A DNA stretch of 62,571 nt, filler included. It is 6 parts of 6 records of this genome, joined end to end, with 100 filler letters (N's around TTAATTAATTAA, not from the genome) between each part and the next. Parts side by side here need not be neighbours in the genome. Positions count along the whole stretch, not along the records: positions 1 to 17,666 come from DRR723986_20218; positions 17,767 to 25,219 come from DRR723986_20368; 4 more parts are not named here. One strand, written 5' to 3'. Numbering within the stretch: position 1 is the first letter of the stretch; the number at the start of each line of letters is the position of its first letter. Under the pieces are notes generated by a model. That model was not told the DNA's origin. It did not search any database and was given only the letters and a program-made list of their open reading frames with translations. Positions 9,816-19,368 of this stretch are shown here, one piece after another. A program made the translations under genes and the position numbers.

Positions 9816-10844
9816 ATGTATTCGTTGATTCGCCCCCTGTTGTTCCGCCTGTCAGCGGAGACTGCCCACAATTTTTCCCTAAAGTCGTTAGACCTTGCCC
9901 ACCGCCTGGGTCTTACCGCGGTGCTGAGCGCTAAGCCGGAGTCGTGTCCTGTTGAGGTTATGGGTATTCGCTTCCCCAACCCGGTTGGCCTTGCGGCGGG
10001 TCTCGATAAAAATGCTCGCCATATCGACGCACTGGCGGCACTGGGCTTTGGTTTTATTGAAGTGGGTACGGTCACCCCGCGTGCCCAGCCCGGTAACCCC
10101 TTGCCGAGGTTATTTCGTTTGCCCGCCGCCCAGGCCATTATCAATCGTATGGGCTTTAATAACGACGGTGTCGATGCGCTGGTTAACGCCGTCGAGGCCA
10201 GCCGTTATGACGGTGTGCTCGGTATTAATATTGGGAAGAACAAAGATACGCCTGCCGAGCAAGCGGTAGATGACTATTTGCATTGCCTGCGCAAAGTCTA
10301 TCCATTGGCCAGTTATGTAACGGTGAACTTGTCGTCCCCGAATACACCCGGGCTGCGAGACCTTCAATTTGGTGAACCCCTGCGCGAGCTGTTGAAGGCG
10401 CTAAAGAGTGCGCAAGCTGAGCTGGCAGCAGAGCACGGTCGCTATGTGCCGATCGCGGTGAAGATCGCACCGGATATGGCTGAGGGTGATGTTCGAGATG
10501 TTGCCAAGGCGTTTGTTGAAGCGGGCATCGACGCGGTGATCGCCACAAACACCACGATCGCCCGTGAGCGTGTGGCTGGGCTGCCCCACGGTGATGAGGC
10601 GGGTGGTTTGAGTGGCGCACCCGTGCGTGAGGCATCCACCGCGGTGGTGAGAATATTAAGCGACGAGTTGGCCGGACGTCTGCCCATCATCGGGGTAGGC
10701 GGTATTAGTGACGATGCGTCGGCGGCCGAAAAAGTGGCGGCGGGTGCGTCCCTGCTGCAAGTGTATACCGGGTTTATCTACCGCGGCCCCGCATTGATTC
10801 GCGATGCGGTGAGCGGCGCCAAGCGAGCGATCACTCGTGCCTAG
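9816..10844 (+). CDS. pyrD: Dihydroorotate dehydrogenase (quinone), class 2
   Basis: [32 protein letters not shown] and GGLSG motifs. Confidence 0.98.
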   Translation: MYSLIRPLLFRLSAETAHNFSLKSLDLAHRLGLTAVLSAKPESCPVEVMGIRFPNPVGLAAGLDKNARHIDALAALGFGFIEVGTVTPRAQPGNPLPRLFRLPAAQAIINRMGFNNDGVDALVNAVEASRYDGVLGINIGKNKDTPAEQAVDDYLHCLRKVYPLASYVTVNLSSPNTPGLRDLQFGEPLRELLKALKSAQAELAAEHGRYVPIAVKIAPDMAEGDVRDVAKAFVEAGIDAVIATNTTIARERVAGLPHGDEAGGLSGAPVREASTAVVRILSDELAGRLPIIGVGGISDDASAAEKVAAGASLLQVYTGFIYRGPALIRDAVSGAKRAITRA

Positions 10845-11508
10845 TGGTGTGTTAGAAGCATTCAGTGTTGCGTTTACCACCTTTTTCGCAACGATCGGCC
10901 CCATTGATGTCGCGGCGATGTTCGCCATTTTCTCTGGGGATCTGGATGCGAAAGAACGCCGCCTGACGGCCATGCGAGGCGTGTTAGTGGCCTCGGTCAT
11001 TTTGTTTCTTTTCGCGCTGCTCGGTGAGTGGATTCTGAGTATTCTCGGCATATCTCTTGCCGCGCTGCGGGCTGCCGGTGGTGTGCTATTGCTGCTGATT
11101 GGTATTGATATGGTGGCGGCAAATGGCAGCGGCGCCACCACAACAACGCGAGAAGAGCGGAAAGAGGCGGAAGCGAAGGCAGATATTGCCGTGTTCCCCC
11201 TGGCAACACCATTAATTGCCGGACCTGGAGCAATTGGCGCGGTGATTCTGCTAATGGCCCACGCCGAGGGAGATTATCTCCAGCAGGGGGCGGTGGCGCT
11301 CGCGCTACTATTGGTGTTACTGGTGACGCTGGCGGCGCTATTGCTGGCGAGCCGTTTGCAAACACTGCTTGGCGTCACCGGTATGCACATGGTGAGCCGT
11401 GTGTTTGGGGTTTTGTTGTGTGCCTTGGCAATGCAGTTTCTATTTGACGGCATTGCCCAAAGTGGTCTGTTGGGCGCTGTGTCAGCGCCCCAGCAGATTA
11501 GCGGCTGA
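10837..11508 (+). CDS. MarC family inner-membrane protein
   Basis: Six hydrophobic segments and the [17 protein letters not shown] signature. Confidence 0.93.
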   Translation: MPSGVLEAFSVAFTTFFATIGPIDVAAMFAIFSGDLDAKERRLTAMRGVLVASVILFLFALLGEWILSILGISLAALRAAGGVLLLLIGIDMVAANGSGATTTTREERKEAEAKADIAVFPLATPLIAGPGAIGAVILLMAHAEGDYLQQGAVALALLLVLLVTLAALLLASRLQTLLGVTGMHMVSRVFGVLLCALAMQFLFDGIAQSGLLGAVSAPQQISG

Positions 11509-12328
11509 AAGGCTGGCCGATCGCCACTGCCTCAGGGCCCTCAAAGCGAAGTTTGGCGCGTGCCATCGACACACTACACAGCGGTTTTTTCGGTAAGCCC
11601 AGCGCGCGCAAAGTCTTCGCCAATGAGTGCTCTTCGCCAATTCTAGGCGGGTTTCCCCCCATGCTGAATCGCAGGCCTTCGCCTTCGGTAATGCCCACGG
11701 TCTTCCAGGCTTTGCCGTTGCGCACGGCTAGCGATGGCGCTTCTTGTGCCGGCGCTTTGCTCTTTCCACCGGCTTTTGCACTGATTTCGAAGACCAGTTG
11801 ATCGTCGTCGTTAAAGCGCGCGCGTGCCTCGTGCTCATTGAAGTGCACATCAACATCGGTAACCCATTTGGGAAAGCCCCAAATATAGCGCCCGGCATGG
11901 GTGGTAAAGCCTTGGTTTACCGGCATTCTGTAGACGTAGTTGGCGAGTTTGCCGCGCATAACGCGCCACATTGCGCCGAAAACCGGCAACGGCTGCGATT
12001 CGCCTGGCGTTAGCACCGGGAAGACAATGGCCGCCTCGTTGTAGTCCCCCAGATCGTTTTCCCGATAATCCACGGCAAGAAGCTGCATGAGTGCTTTGCC
12101 AGGCCAGAGCTCCACCACTTTGAAACCGGTATCTGCTATCAATGCCTGCGCTTTTTGGCTGTCTACGGTATAGATGTTCATCAACATAGCGGCGTCGTTA
12201 ACCAGCACAGGCAGGTCGACCTGCTTACCGTCAATGTCGTAGCAGCCGTCGCTAATGTGCTTGCATACATCGTCGGTGTGTTTGCCCTCAACCTCTTGTT
12301 CGGTTGCGTGGATAGCGGTGTCTTGCAT
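11498..12328 (-). CDS. Acetoacetate decarboxylase-like family protein
   Basis: DLGDYNEA and GRYIWGFPK (Schiff-base Lys) motifs. Start set at MQDTAIH. Confidence 0.8.
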   Translation of the reverse strand: MQDTAIHATEQEVEGKHTDDVCKHISDGCYDIDGKQVDLPVLVNDAAMLMNIYTVDSQKAQALIADTGFKVVELWPGKALMQLLAVDYRENDLGDYNEAAIVFPVLTPGESQPLPVFGAMWRVMRGKLANYVYRMPVNQGFTTHAGRYIWGFPKWVTDVDVHFNEHEARARFNDDDQLVFEISAKAGGKSKAPAQEAPSLAVRNGKAWKTVGITEGEGLRFSMGGNPPRIGEEHSLAKTLRALGLPKKPLCSVSMARAKLRFEGPEAVAIGQPFSR

Positions 12329-12504
12329 GTCTGAGCCCAGTTTATTGTTATTTCGATGGCTAGATTGTAGCCAGTCGATGAGTGTTACGACATTACAGTG
12401 CTGTAATGGCACATTGTCGGAGGCTGTTCGCTATGCCGCAGCAGTGCAATAGGCGATAATAGTGCCGAGAGTCCTGTGCTCACACAGGTAGAGAGGATGC
12501 ATTG

Positions 12505-13827
12505 ATGGCTACAATTCCACGGTTTAAACCACTGATTCCCGAGCTTTCCGCTGGCCGCAATATCGGTATCGCGGAATTGGGGCTTCGCGGATCACTGCGT
12601 TTTGCGCAAACGGTCGCTACCGTGTGCCCTCAGGCGCTGAAATGGTTGCTTCAGTGGCGCCAGCCGAAACCGGCGGAGTTGCGCGAGCTGTTCGAAGCGC
12701 TGGGCGCTACGTACATAAAGTTTGGTCAGTTCATTGCGAGTTCACCGTCCATTTTCCCGAAAGATTATGTCGATGAGTTCCAGGCCTGCCTGGATCAAAC
12801 CCCGGCGATCCCATTCACGAAGATCAGACAGATCGTTGAACAGGAGCTGGGTTGCCCGCTGGAGGAGGTTTATCAGCGTTTTGATGAAACAGCGCTGGCG
12901 TCTGCGTCCATTGCGCAGGTCCATGCGGCAACCCTGAAAACAGGTGAGGATGTCGTTGTTAAAGTGCAAAAGCCAGGCGTTCGGGCTGTACTGACGACTG
13001 ACATGAATACGGTATATGTGCTCACGCGGGTACTCGAACTGATTGTTCCCAATACAGATCGCGATGCGGTGGCGGGGCTGGTTGCAGAGATGTACCAGTC
13101 GATGATCGATGAATGTGATTTCGTCAAGGAAGCGGAGAACCTTAACGTTTTTCGGCGTTTTCTAGTAGAAACAGGCAATGACCGGGTGACTGCGCCCAAA
13201 CCCTATCCGAAGGCATCTTCTGCGCGCGTGCTGACCATGGAACGGCTTTATGGTTGTGCGCTAACCGATCAAGGCCTTCTGGGCGGGAGAGACCCCAGTG
13301 AAGGGCTATTTAATGCCCTCAATACCTGGTTTGCCAGTTTGACTCAGTGTTCATTCTTCCACGCCGATCTGCACAGTGGAAATTTACTGCTGCTTGACGA
13401 CGGCCGTGTCGGCTTCATTGATTTTGGTATGGTGGGCCGTATCCAGCCGGAGGCATGGCAGGCGATGTTTGCGCTATTTAACGGTGTAAGCTCGCAGAAC
13501 TACCGAATGATGGCCGAGGCGATGGTGGCCGTTGGTATCACACGCGACGAGGTGGATGTAGAGGCGCTCACGCAGGATATTACCGCGCTATTTACCAACC
13601 TGAATGCGCTGGACCCCGTGCGGGTATTGGAGAACAACACGGGCGATGGTGTGAACGCGTTGTTGAGTGACTTAGGTGGTATCGCCAGAAACTACGGAAT
13701 TCGTTTCCCGCGTTCATTCACGATGCTATTAAAGCAGTTCCTGTATTTTGATCGATATATGGAGTTGTTGGCACCCGGTGTTGATTTATTTCGCGATGAA
13801 CGCGTGGATATGATGTTCAACATGTAG
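12505..13827 (+). CDS. ABC1/UbiB (AarF) family atypical kinase
   Basis: LGATYIKFGQ, ASASIAQVH, VVVKVQKP, FFHADLHSGN and IDFG motifs. Confidence 0.93.
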   Translation: MATIPRFKPLIPELSAGRNIGIAELGLRGSLRFAQTVATVCPQALKWLLQWRQPKPAELRELFEALGATYIKFGQFIASSPSIFPKDYVDEFQACLDQTPAIPFTKIRQIVEQELGCPLEEVYQRFDETALASASIAQVHAATLKTGEDVVVKVQKPGVRAVLTTDMNTVYVLTRVLELIVPNTDRDAVAGLVAEMYQSMIDECDFVKEAENLNVFRRFLVETGNDRVTAPKPYPKASSARVLTMERLYGCALTDQGLLGGRDPSEGLFNALNTWFASLTQCSFFHADLHSGNLLLLDDGRVGFIDFGMVGRIQPEAWQAMFALFNGVSSQNYRMMAEAMVAVGITRDEVDVEALTQDITALFTNLNALDPVRVLENNTGDGVNALLSDLGGIARNYGIRFPRSFTMLLKQFLYFDRYMELLAPGVDLFRDERVDMMFNM

Positions 13828-13976
13828 CGCCGCTAGCTAACGGTAAGGCTATTATCGGGTAGGTAGTACACACGATATTTTTTGCGCTGCCGCCGCTGTT
13901 AACTACGTCACATAAAAGGCCGAAGCAGATAGGCTTTGCGGGCAGTCATACGAGTTAACGGAAGGGAGGATGTGGA

Positions 13977-15194
13977 TTGAGTCGCGGCTATCCAGTCCTC
14001 ACGTTGAGAGCATCGGCATTAATCGCTCTGCTTGTCACTGTCGCCGTGCTATCGATTTTGCTCGTGTTAGCAAAGCAGCATGTCGATCCGGCGCAAATCA
14101 CCGTTTTTTCCCTTCTTTCTTTGGCTCTCGGTTACGCCACTTTTTACGTTTTGAGTCGTCCCCATTTCTCTGCGTTGCTGCGTTTGGCCAACACCTTGCG
14201 AAATATTGAGCAGGAAAATGGCGTGGCACCTAGCTTGGAGGTCCCGAAGGGCGAGTTAAAGGAGCTGGGTGAGGGGCTGGGCGCGATGCTTGCCGCAATG
14301 GCCTCCAGAGAAGCCAAATTTGTTGCTGCGCAGCGTGAGCTCGAACTAAAGGTGAGTGAGGTTGCGGTAAGTAATGCTGAACTGGCGGCGACGCTGCGGC
14401 GTTTAAAGGCGGCGCAGGAGCAGCTGGTAACAACGGAGAAAATGGCGTCCTTGGGTGGACTGGTTGCGGGCGTTGCGCATGAGATCAATACGCCGGTAGG
14501 TGTTGGTGTTACGGCAGTATCCAGTATGAGTAGCCGAATCATCGACGTGCGAAATAAATACCAGGCCGGCGAGCTGGGACACCGGGAGCTGAATGACTTT
14601 CTCGACAATACCCAGCAGCACTGTGAATTGCTGCTCAGTAATCTCAGTCGCGCGGCGGAACTCGTCAGCAGCTTTAAACAGGTTGCTGTTGATCAGAGTG
14701 CGGATGATCTGCGTGAATTTGATTTGGGGGTGTATTTGTCTGAGGTTTGGCGCAGTTTGAGCCCCCAGCTTAAGGGCACCTCGCTGCGCTACGACATGTC
14801 AGTTAATGATGATATCCGGGTGTTTAATTATCCGGGCGCCTTGTCTCAGGTACTGACTAACTTAGTGATGAACTCCATTACCCATGGCTATGAAAGAGGG
14901 GAGGAGGGTCACCTGCAGCTGGATGTTCGCCACGATGGCGGGGAGGTCGAGTTGGTCTATCGCGATGATGGACGGGGAATCGCTCCAGAGCACTTGGGGC
15001 AGGTCTTTGAACCATTTTTTACCACCCGGCGAGGCAGGGGCGGAAGCGGCTTAGGCATGCATATCGTCTACAATTTGGTAACTGGGCAATTGCTAGGCAG
15101 CATTGAATTGCACAGCGAGCCTGGTTGTGGTGTGGAGGTGAGAATCCGTTTCCCAGCGAATATCCACCCGGGAGCGCAAACTGAAAATGGATAA
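13977..15194 (+). CDS. Membrane sensor histidine kinase (2 TM, HAMP-like, HisKA, HATPase)
   Basis: EKMASLGGLVAGVAHEINTP, N-box NLVMNS, DDGRGI, FEPFFTT and GGSGLG motifs. Confidence 0.93.
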   Translation: MSRGYPVLTLRASALIALLVTVAVLSILLVLAKQHVDPAQITVFSLLSLALGYATFYVLSRPHFSALLRLANTLRNIEQENGVAPSLEVPKGELKELGEGLGAMLAAMASREAKFVAAQRELELKVSEVAVSNAELAATLRRLKAAQEQLVTTEKMASLGGLVAGVAHEINTPVGVGVTAVSSMSSRIIDVRNKYQAGELGHRELNDFLDNTQQHCELLLSNLSRAAELVSSFKQVAVDQSADDLREFDLGVYLSEVWRSLSPQLKGTSLRYDMSVNDDIRVFNYPGALSQVLTNLVMNSITHGYERGEEGHLQLDVRHDGGEVELVYRDDGRGIAPEHLGQVFEPFFTTRRGRGGSGLGMHIVYNLVTGQLLGSIELHSEPGCGVEVRIRFPANIHPGAQTENG

Positions 15195-16182
15195 AAGCGT
15201 GTCGCAAGAAAACGATAAATTACAACTGGCGGCCGATAGTCCTGCGGCTAGCAGCAGACATAGTGACCCCTGGAAGTTGCTGGTAGTGGACGATGAAAAA
15301 GTCGTGCACTCAGTCACGCGGCTCGCCCTGGAAGATTTTGAGCTAGGCGGGCGCGGTTTGCAGATGATCAGCGCGTATTCGGCTGCCGAAGCGCAGACGC
15401 TACTTCAACAACACGACGATATCGCCGTGATCTTGTTGGATGTGGTCATGGAAACTGATCATGCCGGGCTGGAGCTGGCGCGCTATATTCGTGAAGAGCT
15501 CGGCAATAACTTAGTGCGAATCATCCTGCGTACGGGGCAAGCGGGGCAGGCGCCTGAGCACGAGGTGATTACGCGCTACGACATCAATGATTACAAGGAA
15601 AAAACCGAACTCACCCGCCAGAAATTATTTTCCACCGTCTATACCGCCCTGCGCTCCTTCAGGGACCTCAGCGCGTTAGATAATAATCGACGCGGACTAC
15701 TACGGGTCATTGAGGCATCTGCGGCAATTTTTGAGCGCAGGCAAATGCATGCCTTTTACGACGGTGTGCTTGAGCAGATGATCGCTTTGTTATACCTAAA
15801 TCGTGATGCGATGCTGATTCGTGCGTCGGGAATCGTAGCCGAAGCCAATGCACGTAAACTGCAGATACTGGCCTCGGCAGGTAAATTCACAGATTTTGAA
15901 GGCGAAGTGAGCTGCACTGAATTTGATGAGGTGACTCGTGAGCGCTTGCGTGCAGCGTTTGAGAAAAAGTCCAATAACTATGGCGACAATTACTGGGTGA
16001 GTTATTACCAAACACAGGCAGGAACCGAACAATTATTGTACGTTTCCGCGCGAGATAATTTTTCGGTTCCCGATATCCAAATGATTGAATTATTTGTAAG
16101 GAACGTCGCTATCGCGCACGATAACGTGGAATTAATAGACAGCCTGCGAGATGGAAAGGGCGATGACGGGAGTGGGAGATAA
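15187..16182 (+). CDS. Response regulator: receiver + DUF3369-like domain, no output domain
   Basis: VVDDE, LLDVVME, RIILRTGQ and YDINDYKEKTEL are typical of the DUF3369-associated receiver. The ORF ends just after the DUF3369-like region. Confidence 0.85.
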   Translation: MDKSVSQENDKLQLAADSPAASSRHSDPWKLLVVDDEKVVHSVTRLALEDFELGGRGLQMISAYSAAEAQTLLQQHDDIAVILLDVVMETDHAGLELARYIREELGNNLVRIILRTGQAGQAPEHEVITRYDINDYKEKTELTRQKLFSTVYTALRSFRDLSALDNNRRGLLRVIEASAAIFERRQMHAFYDGVLEQMIALLYLNRDAMLIRASGIVAEANARKLQILASAGKFTDFEGEVSCTEFDEVTRERLRAAFEKKSNNYGDNYWVSYYQTQAGTEQLLYVSARDNFSVPDIQMIELFVRNVAIAHDNVELIDSLRDGKGDDGSGR

Positions 16183-16184
16183 CA

Positions 16185-17378
16185 GTGGCTATCGATGACC
16201 CCCTAATGCTGGCGGCAGACACCGCGATACAGGGTGAGAACCAGACGCCCAATCAGGCATCAAAAACGTGGAAGATCCTGATTGTCGACGATGAAGAAGA
16301 AATCCATGTGGTGACGCGTTTGGCATTGCATGACTTTACCTTCGGCGGTCGGCAATTGGAGTTTATCAGCGCCTATTCGGGTGCTGAAGCGAAGACCATG
16401 GTTCGCGACAATCCCGATGTGGCAATTATTTTGCTGGACGTTGTGATGGAGACGGACAGTGCCGGTTTGGATGTGGCGCAATATATTCGCCAGGACCTTG
16501 GCAATCATTTTGTTCGCATTGTACTGCGAACCGGGCAGCCCGGCCTGGCTCCGGAAAGGCGGGTGCTGAAAGTCTATGATATCAATGACTACCGCGCGAA
16601 AACCGAGCTCACTCAAGACCGTTTGTTCTCGGTCATTTACACGGCGTTGTCATCCTATCGCGACCTGGTTTCCCTGGCGCGAAGTCGTCACCAGCTTATC
16701 GGCTTAGTCAATGAAATCGAGCAGTTGTCTCACTTGGCTGCAAGAGACCTGCAGGTGCCGTTAAACGAAGTAGTCGGTACGATTCGTCGCCTGTCCTCGC
16801 AAAAACAGGAGGCATTGCCTGCTGCGATTGCCGAGGATGTCATGGATATGCGGGAAAATATTTATGCGATGCAATCGGCGTTGAATAAGCTCGTTGCCCT
16901 GACGTCGGTTGGGCGTTTCAACGAGAGCCGCGAAACCGTAGACTGCAATGCGGTGATCCACGAGGTGTTGGTGAATCTCGATGCTGAGTTTCGCGCTAGC
17001 AGCGCCAATCTCCACTGTGAAACATTGCCCACGATTCACGCCTGCCACCGGCAAATGGTTCAGCTATTCCAGAACCTGATCAGCAATGCCATTCGCTTCA
17101 CAGAAGGTCATGCACCGGACATTTATATCAATGCCGTTACCCACGAGCGGAACTGGTTGTTTTCGGTGACGGATACCGGTCGAGGTATCAGCCCTGAGCA
17201 GCACAGTAGCTTGTTTAACCTGTTCCATCGCGATAGCACCGAGGGTGTCTCCAGGGAATCTGGTGTGGGGCTGGCGATATGCGAAAAAATCGTGCGCTGG
17301 CACGGTGGGAAAATCTGGTTGGAGTCTGAGGTCGGCAAGGGGTCGACATTTTACTTCACCATCCCTCTGAGCGAGTAA
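16185..17378 (+). CDS. Hybrid receiver / histidine-kinase-like protein (phospho-His replaced by Arg)
   Basis: The receiver is paralogous to the upstream gene. The HisKA-like segment reads EQLSHLAARDLQVPL, and HATPase boxes are QLFQNLISNA, DTGRGI, SGVGLAIC and GSTFYF. Confidence 0.88.
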   Translation: MAIDDPLMLAADTAIQGENQTPNQASKTWKILIVDDEEEIHVVTRLALHDFTFGGRQLEFISAYSGAEAKTMVRDNPDVAIILLDVVMETDSAGLDVAQYIRQDLGNHFVRIVLRTGQPGLAPERRVLKVYDINDYRAKTELTQDRLFSVIYTALSSYRDLVSLARSRHQLIGLVNEIEQLSHLAARDLQVPLNEVVGTIRRLSSQKQEALPAAIAEDVMDMRENIYAMQSALNKLVALTSVGRFNESRETVDCNAVIHEVLVNLDAEFRASSANLHCETLPTIHACHRQMVQLFQNLISNAIRFTEGHAPDIYINAVTHERNWLFSVTDTGRGISPEQHSSLFNLFHRDSTEGVSRESGVGLAICEKIVRWHGGKIWLESEVGKGSTFYFTIPLSE

Positions 17379-17388
17379 GGGGCGAGCG

Positions 17389-17666
17389 ATGCGTGCTGAC
17401 TGGATCGTTTCGGGCCTCTCACAGGCGATACTGTGCACGGATAGCGAGGTGAATATCTGTTATCTCAACCCCGCTGCTGAGCAGCTATTGGCGGTAAAGA
17501 GTGGCGATGTGTGTGGCAAGCCGGTCAGCGAAGCGCTCGGGTTAAAGGATGAGGCCGGCGGCATGTTAACGGCGGCCTCGCTGAAAGACCTGTGCTCGCA
17601 GAATCATGAGGCGAGACTGCGTTTATTGGCAGATGGCGGTGCGCACGAAGCCGAGCTAGCGGCGGG
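17389..17666 (+). CDS. PAS-domain signalling protein, 5' fragment (truncated at contig end)
   Basis: PAS pattern AILCTD...ICYLNPAAEQLL...G.P; runs into the N spacer. Confidence 0.75.
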
Positions 17667-17766
17667 NNNNNNNNNNNNNNNNNNNNNNNNNNNNNNNNNN
17701 NNNNNNNNNNTTAATTAATTAANNNNNNNNNNNNNNNNNNNNNNNNNNNNNNNNNNNNNNNNNNNN
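17667..17766. other. Artificial contig spacer (44 N + TTAATTAATTAA + 44 N)
   Basis: Linker with stops in all six frames. Identical spacers occur at 25220-25319, 33711-33810, 42836-42935 and 56871-56970. Confidence 0.99.
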
Positions 17767-18227
17767 CGCCCATGAATGCAATGAATACAGCGGCAAGTCG
17801 CGTCGAGAGAAGAATCGATTTGTTCGAGAGTAGGCTGCGATTATGCAGAATTACTGACCGTTTGTACACGAATTCCGTCACTTTGACTTGAATGCGGTGG
17901 GAAAAACAGAAAAGGCGACTTAAACTTGTGATGAATCTGCGCGAGCATGCAGCGCTTTATTCCGTGATCTTCACTCAAGAAAACATCTGTTGAAATACAA
18001 CAGGGTGGGAGGAGTGTATCTGAATACGGAGGGTTCAAACCGTGGCGGCGGCGGGGAGGCCCCCTGAATCTCGCAGAAGTACGCCTAAGAGTGACTTATC
18101 CAAAAGCCAAAATCCTGTAAGTTGTTGCAAGTCAACACTTTAGGCTGAATAGCAAGTCCAGCAAATCCCACAGCAAAACTCACAACTGCCAATTATTTTC
18201 AAGCTGCAATTCCAACAACTTAAACAC

Positions 18228-19325
18228 CTACAGCAGGCCATCAATTTGATAGACCTGGATTTCTTCGGATTTACCGCGGACGTTAACCGGATCCCAGGCG
18301 TGGGCTTTGATCTTGTCCTTGGTTTTGTTGTACACGGATTCGCTGACGAGAATGGTGTTGTTCTGATTCTTTGTTAATGTCTCAATGCGTTTGCCCGTGT
18401 TAACAGTGTCACCGGTAATAGAGAATTCAATTCTGTCTTCGGAGCCAAGATTGCCGGCGACGACTTCACCGGAGTTGATGCCGATGCCGATTGCAAATCC
18501 GCGATCAAAAACTTCACCGTAAATTTTTTGCAGTTCCTCACAGCTTTCGAGCATGTCAATAGCGCAGAGGATAGCCTTAAGTTCATTGTCAATCGTGGGC
18601 ATAAGCGCGCCAAATGAGGCAAACACTTCGTCGCCAACGAACTGGTTGACGGTGCCGTCGTGGCGTTTGATGCATTCGCCCATAAGTCTGTAATAGTGAT
18701 TCAGACAGGCCACGACGTCCTTTGGTGTAGACTGCTCGCTGAATCGCGTAAAACCGCGAATGTCACAAAACAGGACAGCAACGTCGCGCAGCTCACCTTC
18801 AAAGATTGAATCTTCGCTGTTGGCAAGTGCTTTTTGGACCACTTCCTGTGGCACGTAACGCTCAAACAGACGCAGGGTTTTTTCCTGTTCCTCAACCTTC
18901 TGCTGAAGTTCGCGCAGAAGCTGTTTGTTGCGCTGCTGAAGGCCATAGAGATGAAAAGCGTTATCAATGGTCATGCGCAGTTCGTTTTCGTTCCAGGGCT
19001 TGGTAACGTAGCGAAAAACGCGGCCGGTATTGATGGCGTTGATGATAGCTTCTACATCGCTGAATCCCGTCAGTACCATGCGTACCGTGTCGGGATAAAC
19101 GGGAATGATTTGTTCCAGGAATTGGACACCCGTCATTTCAGGCATGCGCTGATCGGTGATAATCAGAGCGATGTCGTTATTCTTGAGGAGTTCAATGCCT
19201 TCCTTGGCGCTTTCGGCGGTCAGGATGTTGTAATCACGACGGAATGCTGCGCGGAAGGAGACAAGATTTTGACGTTCATCATCTACGTACAAAATCGCCG
19301 GCATTTGTTTTTGTTCTGACTTCAT
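18228..19325 (-). CDS. Receiver + class III nucleotide cyclase
   Basis: Receiver motifs YVDDE, ITDQRMP and KPW, then a coiled coil, then cyclase motifs VLFCDIRGFT, FVGD, GIGINSG and GDTVN...R. Confidence 0.92.
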   Translation of the reverse strand: MKSEQKQMPAILYVDDERQNLVSFRAAFRRDYNILTAESAKEGIELLKNNDIALIITDQRMPEMTGVQFLEQIIPVYPDTVRMVLTGFSDVEAIINAINTGRVFRYVTKPWNENELRMTIDNAFHLYGLQQRNKQLLRELQQKVEEQEKTLRLFERYVPQEVVQKALANSEDSIFEGELRDVAVLFCDIRGFTRFSEQSTPKDVVACLNHYYRLMGECIKRHDGTVNQFVGDEVFASFGALMPTIDNELKAILCAIDMLESCEELQKIYGEVFDRGFAIGIGINSGEVVAGNLGSEDRIEFSITGDTVNTGKRIETLTKNQNNTILVSESVYNKTKDKIKAHAWDPVNVRGKSEEIQVYQIDGLL

Positions 19326-19368
19326 AGAGCGGGTCCGCAAGATTCGTCGGGAATATTAGATCGGCCGT

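Noticed and set aside
17667-17766. Recurring TTAATTAATTAA flanked by N runs (five times) as a biological repeat
   Set aside because: It is an identical 100-nt artificial linker joining contigs. ORFs that run into it (ending in X...LIN) are truncated, and cross-spacer gene neighbourhoods are meaningless.
18118-18222. Inverted repeat TAAGTTGTTGCAA / TTCCAACAACTTA as MITE ends
   Set aside because: It is only 13 bp with a mismatch, has no target-site duplication and no second copy. It may be a chance or IHF-like AT-rich motif.
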